Shown here: one piece after another, positions 26,751-38,305 of the stretch
Numbering within the stretch: position 1 is the first letter of the stretch
Layout of the letters: each line of letters opens with the position of its first letter
Source: Octopus sinensis
Lineage: Eukaryota
Assembly (NCBI RefSeq): GCF_006345805.1
Contig: NC_043005.1
Location: 104,718,001 to 104,782,000 of the forward strand
Length of the DNA stretch: 64,000 bases
Reading direction: 5' to 3'
Program-made: the position numbers and the translations under genes
Notes under the pieces: generated by a model
Databases searched by the model: none
Seen by the model: the letters and a program-made list of their open reading frames with translations, nothing else
What the model was told of the DNA's origin: nothing

Positions 26751-28047
26751 TGTGTTGGTAACTAAGTTGCCGCCGTTTTTTTTAAATTTAAATTTTTTTT
26801 AAGGTTTATAAAAATAACAACTAATCAATCAATAACGTATTCACCCTTGTTGTTTACAACTTCTTCCCAACATTCAACAAGATTTTCAATACCTCATTGG
26901 TAGAAATCACCCGATTTCGACTCAAAAAATTGATCCCACCAAGCTCTCAGTTCTGCATCAGTATCGAACTAAACCCCGCACATAGCACTTGAAAGAGATC
27001 GAAAGAGGTGAAAATCCGTTGGTGCCAAATAAGGAGAGTGCGGCCAGTGTGGCAGCACTTCCCAGCCATGCGTTTGAATCGCTTGCTTGATCATATTGGT
27101 AATATGAGGGCGGGCGTTGTCGTGCAGCAGAAGAACTCCATGCTGCCGATTAGGTCTTTTCTCTTGAATAGCCGTGTTGAGTCGTTCCATCAATTGTACA
27201 TAGAGTTCCGCGTTGTTCGTTTAGTTCCCTTCAAGCAATTCGTAATGGATAATTCCTTCCCAGTCCCACCATACGCACAAAATCGTTTTACGCGGACGAA
27301 GATCTTGTTTCACGTTTGGTGTCGCTTGTTTATCGGGGCTAAGCTATTTCTTACGCTGCTTCACATTGATGTACAGGCACCATTTTTCGTCGCCAGTAAC
27401 GATTCGGTAAAGGAATCGTTGCTTGTGTCCATGAGTTGAGCAGTGACGAGAGCAAGCAAACCAGCGGAGATTGTGGGTCGTTGATTTTTGTGGATGTCAC
27501 TTAAAGCATGCGGAACCCATGCTCCATATTTCCGAATCTTTCCCATCGAGTGAAGATGCTTCTCTATAGCAGTGTGGGAGTATTCCCTTTTCTCTGCCAG
27601 TTCCCTTGTTTGGTGAGAATTTCCGTGCAGAAGTTGGTTTAGTCGCTCTTCATAAAATTCAACTGGACGGCCAGAACGAGGTGCATTTTGAGGTCAAAAT
27701 TTCCATTTTTTAACTTAGCATACCAATCATGAGCAGTTCTTTCAGCTATGGCACCTTCTCCATACACAGCACAAATGTCGCGAGCAGCTTTTGCGGCCTT
27801 AGAACCTTGATTCAAAGCAAAAAGATGTCGAAAATGCTCGTTGTTCTTAACTTGACATTCCATTTTAATGATCTGAAAATAAACAAAAATTAAATAAAAT
27901 TAACTAGGAAAAAAAAACAAAAAAAAACAAAATAGATTCTAAAAGGATTCAAAAATAGAATTCTCAAAGAAAATAGATTCCCAAATTTAAAAACGCAATA
28001 AATCCCCCCAAATTTAAAAAAACGGCGGGAACTTAGTTGTCAACCAA
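26751..28047 (-). mobile_element. Full-length mariner (DD34D), decayed transposase 27863 to 26825
   Basis: TIRs TGTGTTGGTAACTAAGTTGCCGCCGTTTT and (rc) TTGGTTGACAACTAAGTTCCCGCCGTTTT, TA on both sides; WVPHAL, LHDNARPH, HSPYLAPTDFHLF (DD34D); several frameshifts. Confidence 0.95.
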
Positions 28048-28049
28048 TA

Positions 28050-28127
<78 letters not shown>

Positions 28128-28184
28128 ATATAATATATATATATATACTATATATCTAATATATATAATTATATATATATACAT

Positions 28185-28261
<77 letters not shown>

Positions 28262-28339
28262 GTTGAGTTGTGGGGTATCGCACGAGTGGGATTATATAAG
28301 AAAAAAGGTTTGAAAATGCAATTTAAACGATGTTTATTT

Positions 28340-28381
28340 ACTTAACCGGTTTCCCTCTTGGTAAAAAAGATTGTCAAAAGT
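28340..28381 (-). ncRNA. Hammerhead-like motif (U3-A8), left arm
   Basis: ACTT-TTGACAA-TCTTTTTTACCAAGAGG-GAAA-CCGG-T-T-AAGT; stem II imperfect. Confidence 0.4.
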
Positions 28382-29463
28382 TACATTAAGGAAACATTGA
28401 ATAATGGGTTCAAAAAAAGTTTTTTACATAATTGTCACATTGAATATTATGCATTCAAAAAAGTTTTTACATAATTGTCACTTGGATATTATGAATTCAA
28501 AAATGTTTTTTTATACATATATGTCACATTACATGTATAAATATAGTGTTTGGTAACAGAGAAGTTCAATAGTGTGATGAGAAATATTGGGAAAATTTGG
28601 CAGAAAAGGATAAAACAAATATATTATTGGGAATTGGTTGCGTTAATTATTGGTTTGTCGCAAATTGTCACATTACATGTATATATATACAATCTTCGGT
28701 ATATATATACAGCCTTTGACAGCAAAAATTAAAATGGATTTTTATACATCTCAGAATATTTTAAGTACAAGGCGAGAATATGTTTTTACTGACCTGTTGG
28801 TATTAGCAGAAAGGCTGAACTGAGAGAACAGAGGAAGTAGCCAATGTGGTGTATACTTCCCTTTATGCATGAATGATTTGGGGTTATCAGGAGGTTAGTA
28901 TGCGGGTGTGAATAGATGTGTCCGTGCCCGCTGGTCAGAGCGTCTGTTTGTCACACACATAACACACACACCCACACACACACACATAGTAAACAAACAC
29001 ACACCACATACATATATGATGTGTACAATTAAGTGTATATATGTGTGTGTATGTGTGCAGTGTATATATGTATATTGTAGGTGTGCTATATATGCATGAA
29101 TACATGTATGTGCATTGCGTGTTATATATATGTATACATTGTGTATGTATGTTATGTGTGTGTGTGTGTATATATATAATTATATGATGCGTACGTGTAT
29201 GTGTATGCGTTGTATGTATGTGTATTGTGGTATATGTGGTACATCTATGTATGTGTATGTAAACACTATTTATATGTATATGTGTATATAGTATATGCAT
29301 TGTCTATATATATATATTTATATGGTATGTACTGCGTATGTATATTGCATGCATATATTGTGTATGTATATTACTTACATGCTGTATGTGTGTATTGTAT
29401 GTGTGTATCTATATGCTAGGTGTATTGTGTGATATTTATATTATGTATGTATGTGTGCGTGTG

Positions 29464-29496
<33 letters not shown>

Positions 29497-30296
29497 GTGT
29501 GTGTATGTGTGTTATATATCTGTGTATGTTCTATATAGATACATATTATATTTGTGTGCTGTGTGTATATGTGATATAGTGGGTGCGTTGTGTGTGGGTG
29601 TGTGTGTGTTGTGTGTGTGTGTGTGTTGTTTTATGTGGTGTGGTGTTTTTTTTGTTTTGTGTATGTGTGTGTGTGTGTGTGTGTTGTTGTGTGTGTGTGT
29701 GTGTATATATATGGTGTGACAAACAGACGCTATCTGACCAGCGGGCACGGACACATCTATTCACACCCGCATACTAACCTCCTGATAACCCCAAAATCAT
29801 TCATGCATAAAGGGGAAGTATACACCACATTGGCTACTTCCTCTGTTCTCTCAGTTCAGCCTTTCTGCTAATCCAACAGGTCAGTAAAAACATATTCTCG
29901 CCTTGTACTTAAAATATTCTGAGATGTATTAAAAATCCATTTTAATTTTTGCTGTCAAAAGGCTGTGTATATATATACCGAAGATTGTATATCTATACAT
30001 GTAATGTGACAATTTGCGACAACCAATAATTAACGCAACCAATTCCCAATAATATATTTGTTTTATCCTTTTCTGCCAAATTTTCCCAAATATTCTCATC
30101 ACACTATTGAACTTCTCTGTTACCAACACCCTATTTATACATGTTAATGTGACAATATGTATAAAAAAACATTTTTGAATTCATAATATCCAATGTGACA
30201 ATTATGTAAAAACTTTTTTGAATGCATAATATTCAATGTGACAATTATGTAAAAAACTTTTTTTGAACCCATATTATTCAATGTTTCCTTAATGTA

Positions 30297-30337
30297 ACTT
30301 TTGACAATCTTTTACCAAAGAGTGAAACCGGTTAAGT
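30297..30337 (+). ncRNA. Hammerhead-like motif (U3-A8), right arm
   Basis: ACTT-TTGACAA-TCTTT tacc AAAGA GT-GAAA-CCGG-T-T-AAGT followed by AATAAA. Confidence 0.45.
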
Positions 30338-30452
30338 AAATAAACATCGTTTAAATTGCATTTTCAACCATTTTTCTTATTATATATATATATATATCTT
30401 ATAATATATAATTATATATATATATATATATACATATATTATACATATATAT

Positions 30453-32178
30453 TATTCAAAGGAATTCCAAGAATTTTTATATTTTATATATATTCTTTAA
30501 TATTAATGTAGAATAAGTATATATAATAAAATGAAATGAAGTATGATTGTCTTATTGAATTGATGAAATATTGAATATAAAATATTAAGGGACTAGTATA
30601 CTTTCTTGCATTTAAGCAGTCTTCAAGGTCCCAGGTTGTGACAGGAGTGTTTCAACTGTAGTTGACTGGCTGTCTTTTGTCCTTTATATACGTTCCTGTG
30701 GACAGCAGTAGTAGTTGCTTAGCTATTTTTAGAGATGAAGACAGCAGTACTTTTTAGAGATTTTTTTGTGTTTTAGTTATAGGGATAAGATTTTTAAACC
30801 CCAAATAAGATTAATTTAATCATTGTTTGTTAAGCTTAGGTTTGAATTTCTTAATAAAGTCCTTTTCTCTCAGTTTTCTCTCAATTTCATTCAGGTTGTA
30901 AAGTTTATGAAATGGAAATATCACAAAAATTTTCCGACCACATGTTGCCAGATGGATACTCAGTGGTATTTGGCGGACTTCTGGATTTTTATTTTGTTGT
31001 CGATGCACACGCGATCGTTCTGATAGTGCATTACCTGTCTGGCCAACGTACAGTTCTTCACAATTTGGGCATTTGATGCAGTAGATTAAATTTCTGTTTT
31101 TGCAGTTCATGTTCGCGTTTGTGAATATTTTCCCTGTTTTTGTGTTCATATATGGGCCGGTATGAATTAATTGCCATGTACCGCATCGGCTATCATTGCA
31201 TTTAGGACACGGTGAATGGTTGATCTTTGTTGCTAAGGTGAAACCTTGCCTTTGTTAATAACTTTTTTCAAGCTTTTAGGTTGTCTCTTACTGAGAGTTA
31301 AAGTTTGATCTGTAATGATATTTCTCAATTCCTTACTTTGTGCAATGATTGGTAGGTTTGCTTTAGCAATATTGAAGATGTTCTGGTGGCATGGATTCTG
31401 TGTCACTATAAATGGTATGATTTGTTCTTGTTTTCTCTTCTTTGTGGTGTCCTCAGTTGTTCTATGGATATCTTCAAAGCCCGCTGAATACCATTTTCTA
31501 TAAGTAGTGACGGGTATTTTTGCTTGAGCAGAAGTTCTTTCTGTCCATCAGGCGCTGATTTCTGGTCTTTAGATCCTCTACAATGGTACAGATTCTTCTG
31601 GCTAAACAGAATGGGGTGTTACGTTTTGTATGCGGTGGATGGCACGATTTAAAATTCAGATATTGGTGTGTATCTGTGAGTTTATAATATATATATGTGG
31701 TAATGGCGGTGTTCTTTTTAATCTCCATTATATCTAGGAATGGTAATTTGGTACTAATTATCTCCTTTGTAAATTGGATGGTTGGGTGTAGGTTGTTCAG
31801 GAGGATGTTGAATTCTTCCACAGTGTTTTGATATTTTGCCCAGATTATGAAGCAATCGTCGAGGTATCTCATCCATACTTTTTCAATATACTTCCTAAAT
31901 TCTGTGCTGTATCTTTCCTCTGTTTCCTGGTAGAGATTTTGTTCTAAGTATCCCATCACGGAGTTCGCATAAATGGGAGCAAACTTCGTTCCCATAGCCG
32001 TGCCTTTAATTTGGAAAGTGTTGTTTTCCAGAATAAGTCTGACTGAGTCTAATATAAATATCACTGTGAATCCGTTGGGAATTGCTTCTCTCTGTTTATC
32101 TAACCAGTATTTGATCGCCTTTATTCCTAAATCATGTGAGATATTAGTGTAAAGGTTTACTACATCAAAGCTTGGTGT
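30453..32178 (-). mobile_element. 5'-truncated Penelope-like retroelement (RT + GIY-YIG endonuclease + 3' pLTR), decayed
   Basis: SFDVVNLYTNI, GTAMGTKFAP, RYLDD, LPFLD, YLNFKSCHP (32178-31498); LIYCIKCPNCEELYVGQTG...R..H GIY-YIG (31149-30820); frameshifts between. Confidence 0.93.
30589..30632 (-). ncRNA. Minimal hammerhead-like motif in the PLE pLTR
   Basis: GGGAC-CTTGAAGA-CTGC ttaaat GCAA-GAAA-GTATAC-T-A-GTCCC: perfect 5-bp stem I, palindromic AGTATACT stem III, one extra nt in the core. Confidence 0.7.
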
Positions 32179-32379
32179 ATATATATATATATATATGTAT
32201 ATATCTTAGCTGTGATTCTCAAGCGTGCAAGACCTAGTAGCATGTATCACGCTTTAGTTAGTTTATTTTTAGGTGCATATGTACTCGTGAGCAGATATAG
32301 ATACCCTTTCGATTTCTTACGATTGAATTTGTAGAACAGCAGAAATATGATAGCTGGAGGAGAGCGGGATCAGCAGCAA

Positions 32380-32506
32380 CACTATCTTTAGCTGAGTAGC
32401 CTGAAGTAGCGTTAACTGAGGGAACCTGCTAAATGCACAATGTGCCATCCGGGTTGGGTGCCGTATGCTCGTGAACCTCATGCCATAACCGCCAGGCCAC
32501 GCGCCT
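32380..32506 (-). mobile_element. Degenerate tRNA-SINE head
   Basis: Reverse strand GAAGGCGCGTGGCCTGGCGGTTATGG... Confidence 0.5.
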
Positions 32507-32547
32507 TCACACACACACACACACACACACCACACACACACACACAT

Positions 32548-32712
32548 GTATACGACGGGTTTCCTCCAGTTTCCCTCTACCAAATCCACTCACAAGACTT
32601 TGGTCGGCGTGAGGCTATAGTAGAAGACATATGCCGAAGGTTGTAGACAGTGGGACTGAACCCGGAACTATGTGGTTGGTAAGCAAGCTTTTTACCACAC
32701 AGCCACAACTGC
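32548..32712 (-). mobile_element. CORE-like SINE 5' half
   Basis: Homologous to 1770-1915 and 49631-49788. Confidence 0.8.
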
Positions 32713-32774
32713 GATTTTATACGTATATATATTAAATATATACACACATATATATATTTGTGTGTGTGTGTGTC

Positions 32775-32945
32775 TTTTATCTCTTACTTGTTTCAGTTAT
32801 TCGACTGCAGCCATACTGGGGCATTACCTTGAAGGATTTTAGTTGAACAAATCGACCCCAGGACTTTTTAAAGCTTAGTATTTATTCAGTCGGTCTCATA
32901 TGCCGAACCACTAAGTTATGCGATCGTAAACAAACCAACACTGGT
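32775..32945 (-). mobile_element. CORE-like SINE 3' tail (separate 5'-truncated copy)
   Basis: Homologous to 1525-1710. Confidence 0.75.
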
Positions 32946-33059
32946 GGTGGGATCCCACTTACCTTATAATTATTGCCTTTCTCCGTTCTCCTTCCCAGCC
33001 TGTACCATTCTTTCAGTGTTCTGTCTTGTTATAACGTGAAATGATTCTGACGAGGGTAG

Positions 33060-33084
<25 letters not shown>

Positions 33085-33090
<6 letters not shown>

Positions 33091-34388
33091 TCCAAGATTT
33101 CAGTTCTTCGTGTTTTTTTCTGAAACAAGTAAATAATATGTGGAAATTGACGATTTAAAAGTCTGTTATAAGTTGTTTTTTCTCAGCAGACACTAAGTCA
33201 GTTGTTTTGAAACCTAGCATATATTAATGTCATAATCATACCTAACACTGTTATCCTTACCTTTTCAGAAACTTTGCCATATGAGTAATCAGGAAAGAGT
33301 GTGTGATTTGCTGAATGCACTCATCACACCAAAGGAGATTTCAAAAATAGTTGGAGTGTCCATAAAGACTATTTATAATGTAAAGAATAGAATGACTATG
33401 AGCAAAACTATTACGAGGAAGTCTGGAAGTGGAGGAATCAGCAAAAAACGTACCAAAGCTTTTAAGCTCTCAAATCCAAAATCTTAAAGGATTCAACCAA
33501 ATCCATAAGAAAAATGGCAATTGAACTTGAGGTAGACAACAAGACCATTAGAAATGCTATAAAATATGATTTGAGGTTAAAATCTTACACAAGAACACCA
33601 AAACACTTGTTGACAACAGCTATGAAGGAAAAGAGATTGGAAAGATGCAAGAAAATTATTACTTGGTTCAAGTAATAATTCAGATGAAAAGCTATTCACT
33701 GTCGATGCTCTTTCTGAACAGCAGAAATGACAGATTTATCGCAAAATCAACAGCTGAGTTAAGGGGACATTCAAAACAAGAGATCCTGCTCAAGTTATGG
33801 ATTTTGGTGTTGTGGCCTCCGATGGAAAGAAAATGCCTATAAAATTCTGCAAAGCTGATGGAAAGATCAATGTTAATACTTACTACAAGACTCTGAGATA
33901 CCAGGTATTGCCATGGCTTAAAGCAAACTACTCAGATGGTAATTATGTATGGACACAGGATGGTGCTCCAGCCCACACAGCCAGAAAAATACAAGATTTC
34001 TGCAAATCCAACTTTAGTAATTCTTTGGAATCATGTTTATGGCCGCCTTCTAGCCCAGATCTAAACTCTCTGGATTATGCTATTTGGGGCGTTTTAGAAC
34101 ATGCTACCACTAGAACATCACACTGTAATGTCGACTCTCTTAAAGATACTATTACAGAAGAATGGGAGAAGTTGTCTCTCGAATATTTGAGGAACGCCTG
34201 TGCAAGTTTCAGAAAGCGTGGGAAGGAAGTTATTGAGAAAGAAGGAGGACACATAGAATAAAAATATTTTCTATTATGTAAATTTTCTTGTGGCAAATAA
34301 ATTCTCATGACTTTCAATAAACAAATTGGTCATACACTGTCTTTCAATCCCTGCCTCAAAATATTGTAAATTTTGCTTCCCCACCCTG
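33085..34388 (+). mobile_element. maT-type (DD37D) Tc1/mariner element, decayed; left TIR lost
   Basis: ATG 33281 (HTH region); QDGAPAH...WPPSSPDLNSLDYAIWG with 37 residues between the Ds; right terminus ...TTTGCTTCCCCACCCTG + TA. Confidence 0.92.
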
Positions 34389-34505
34389 TATATATATATA
34401 AGACAAAGCATAAGTCATTGCATATTTCTTTATAGTAGTAAATTCGACTTACAACTGTTTCCAGTAATCATTATAGGTTCGTTATTGACAGGTTATATGT
34501 ATATG

Positions 34506-34576
<71 letters not shown>

Positions 34577-35379
34577 ATGTGTGTGTGTGTGTGTGTATGT
34601 GTGTGTGTGTGGTGTGTGTATTATGTGGTAAGGCTTCAACAAGTAGCGTACATACAAGCACATACAGAGACCGATCAATAGATAGATAGATAAATTGATA
34701 GATAGATAGAGAGAAATAGAAAGAGAGAGAGAGACAGTGACAGGCAGTGACAGACAGACAGATCAGTACTTATATAACCCTGAGAAAACATATCTCTATT
34801 GCCTCCATTAATCGCAACCCGTTTTGCTATCTCTTCCACACCAGTCCTCCCTCTCTCACGGTTGCCATACAATTTATTCTTGTCTCACTATTATCATCAG
34901 CTCTCATCCTTCCTTTCTTTCTCGCAGCAGCGCCACCACCCTTCCCTCTTCTCTGATTACCTTCACCATTAGCCTCCAATCCAGAACTTAATACCATCTC
35001 TCTCTCTCACCCACCCCCACACGAACGCGCTTCCCCCCACCTTCCTTAGTGCAGCAACAAAGCAATATATAACCTATATCTTTGTGTATGTAATAAAGTA
35101 ACAACCCAGACATGTCATCACCCACCACCTGCCCACCCACCCACTCTAACCTACCCTAAACATTTTAAATGTTTAACTCAATGAAACTAGACTCTTACAA
35201 CATATTGATTGACTAACGTCTGCTATTTGTTTCTATTCATCATCAGCTTGCTACGAGTTGCAGTTGTTGTTGTTGCTGTTGTTGTTATTGTTATTACTGT
35301 TATTGATGTTGCAATAGTAGCGAAAAGAACTGGAGCAAAATAATAACAGGAATATTAATTATATAATATTAATACACAT

Positions 35380-35613
35380 TGGGCGGCGAGCTGGCAGAAT
35401 CGTTAGCACGCCGGGCGAAATGCTTAGCAGTATTTCGTCTGCCATTACGTTCTGAGTTCAAACTCCGCCGAGGTCGACTTTGTCTTTCATCCTTTCGGGC
35501 TCGATTAAATAAGTACCAGTTACGCACTGGGGTCGATGTAATCGACTTAATCTCTTTGTCTGTCCTTGTTTGTCCCTTCTATGTTTAGCCCCCTATGCGC
35601 AATAAAGAAATAT
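35380..35613 (+). mobile_element. Full-length tRNA-SINE with 19-bp TSD
   Basis: Head GGGCGGCGAGCTGGCAGAATCGTTAG, B box GAGTTCAAACTCC, central TTTCATCCTTTCGGGCTCGATTAAATAAGTACCAG (Meta-domain-like, from recall); ATATAATATTAATACACAT at 35361-35379 and 35614-35632. Confidence 0.93.
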
Positions 35614-35736
35614 ATATAATATTAATACACATAGGCACACCTCATACATACAAATCCGCATGTTCTCAAACACGCATGCGCACACGCACAGATATATCTG
35701 CATACGTATATACGTGTGTGGTGTGTGTGAGTGTGC

Positions 35737-35776
<40 letters not shown>

Positions 35777-35817
35777 AAAAAAGAAGCTTGAAAACGCCAC
35801 TATATTAGATAAATTTT

Positions 35818-35867
35818 AATTTTACATGTTTCGGTTCTTGAAAAAACGAACCTTATCAAAAAAATTT
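35818..35867 (-). ncRNA. Minimal hammerhead-like motif (U3-A8)
   Basis: TTT-TTGATAA-GGTTC gttttttcaa GAACC-GAAA-CATG-T-A-AAA: perfect 5-bp stem II, palindromic ACATGT, weak A-U stem I. Confidence 0.65.
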
Positions 35868-36133
35868 ATTATAAAATGTATAATGGAACAGTTCATAATC
35901 GTTACATACATTCAATAGAATCCATGTTCTTGAAAAGACGAACCTTATCAAATATATTATAAAGAGTATAATAGAAAAAATCCATAGTCGTTTCTTACTG
36001 TTTTGTCGAGTGTAGTGGAGACGTTCATTATAGATTTCTTGCTGGTATCAAAAGGAACCGCTTTTGTGTTACCTTGTGTTTCAATGGAAGCAACAGTAGT
36101 GATTCTTGGTCGTCGTCTGTTGGTCGTAATTTC

Positions 36134-36312
36134 GTTTTGACTGCTGAGTTCATGTTTCACCTAATGCTTGGTTTAGTTGTAAAGCGAAACTTGATGACCC
36201 AGTCAAATCTCTATATATATATATTTCTTTGTATAAGATTTGACTGGGTCATCAAGTTTCGCTTTACAACTGAACCAAGCATTAGGTGAAACACGAACTC
36301 AGCAGTCAAAAC
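36134..36312. repeat. Near-perfect hairpin, 77-bp arms, 25-nt loop
   Basis: 36134-36210 versus 36236-36312: two mismatches. Confidence 0.95.
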
Positions 36313-36480
36313 TAATTATTTAATAAAGTTGAATCTACTTTCGAGATTGAGCCCCTCCATCGCGAAGTGCTGCTCTATTATTCTTACAATTATTTTAAGG
36401 TACTTGTCCGACATGAGCACACGCATGCGGTCACACGTGTTTGTGCACATTGTACTACTACTACTACTAGTGTTAATAAT

Positions 36481-36856
36481 CCTTTCTGTTATAGGCTCAA
36501 AGGCCTGAAATTTTGGGGGTGGGAGCCAGTCGATTAGATATCGATCGCAGTACCCCGAAAGGATAAAAGGTAAAGCCGACCTAGGCGGAATTTGTGCTCA
36601 GAACACAAAGACAGACGAAAAACCTATTTCTTTACTACCCACAAGGGGTTAAACACAGAAAGGACAAACAAGGACAGACAAACGGATTAAGTCGATTACA
36701 TCGACCCCAGTGCGTAACTGGTACTTATTTAATCGAGCCCGAAAGGATGAAAGGCAAAGTCGACCACGGCTGAATTTGAACTCAGAACGTAACGGCAGAC
36801 GAAATACCTCTCAGCATTTCGCCCGGCGTGCTAACCTTTCTGCCAGCTCGCCACCT
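36481..36856 (-). mobile_element. Chimeric SINE-in-SINE with a single head and 16-bp outer TSD
   Basis: TACTAGTGTTAATAAT at 36465-36480 and 36857-36872; young full unit joined at AAAGAAATA|GGTTTTTCGTC to an older body. Confidence 0.85.
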
Positions 36857-36884
36857 TACTAGTGTTAATAATAACGGTGATCAT

Positions 36885-37110
36885 AATTCTTTCTATTACA
36901 GGCACAAGGTCTGAAATTTTCGGGGGCGGTGAGTTGCTCATATTGACCCCAGTATTTGACTGGTACTTAATTCATCGTCCCCAAAAAGATGAAAGGCAAC
37001 GTTGAGCTCGTAGGAATTTCAACTCAGAACGTAAAGGCGGACGAAAAACTGCTTAGCATTTTGTTCGATGTGATGTGCTATCGTTTCTGCCTGCTCGCCA
37101 ACTTGATAAC
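36885..37110 (-). mobile_element. Degenerate tRNA-SINE
   Basis: Homology to 13205-13414. Confidence 0.75.
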
Positions 37111-37124
37111 GATAATAATAATAA

Positions 37125-37340
37125 TTCTTCCTACAATAGGTATAAGGTCTGAAATTTCTTTGGAGTGGGGGGATAGTCAATTACATCGACCCTAGTATTT
37201 AACTGTTATCTATTTTATCGACCCTGAAAGAATGAAATGCAAGGTTGAGCTCGGAGCAATTTCAGCTGAGAACGTAAGGCCGGAAGAAATGCCGGTAAAC
37301 ATTTTTCCGGCATGGTAACGATGCTGGCAGACTGCCGTCT
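37125..37340 (-). mobile_element. Degenerate tRNA-SINE
   Basis: Homology to 13205-13414. Confidence 0.7.
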
Positions 37341-37345
37341 CATTG

Positions 37346-38305
<960 letters not shown>

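Larger units (their letters stand above)
28297..30380. repeat. Long inverted repeat: arms 28297-28956 and 29714-30380, TG/TA-rich spacer
   Basis: Arms are reverse complements by eye and differ mostly by small indels; each has ~42-bp tandem subrepeats. Confidence 0.9.
35772..36312 (-). mobile_element. pLTR-like element with hammerhead motif and 5' fold-back
   Basis: Abuts (TA)n; hammerhead at 35818-35867, partial duplicate at 35923-35950; 77-bp hairpin at the other end. PLE origin is inference. Confidence 0.55.

Noticed and set aside
28410-28530. CRISPR-like array from ~42-bp repeats
   Set aside because: Repeats are contiguous with no unique spacers, there are no cas genes, and the context is eukaryotic.
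29780-29830. CTGATAA-CCCC...GGGG-AAGTATAC
   Set aside because: Lacks A15.1 and any stem I complementarity.
33047-33057. CTGACGAGGGT half-hammerhead
   Set aside because: Cut by (TA)n; no GAAA half.
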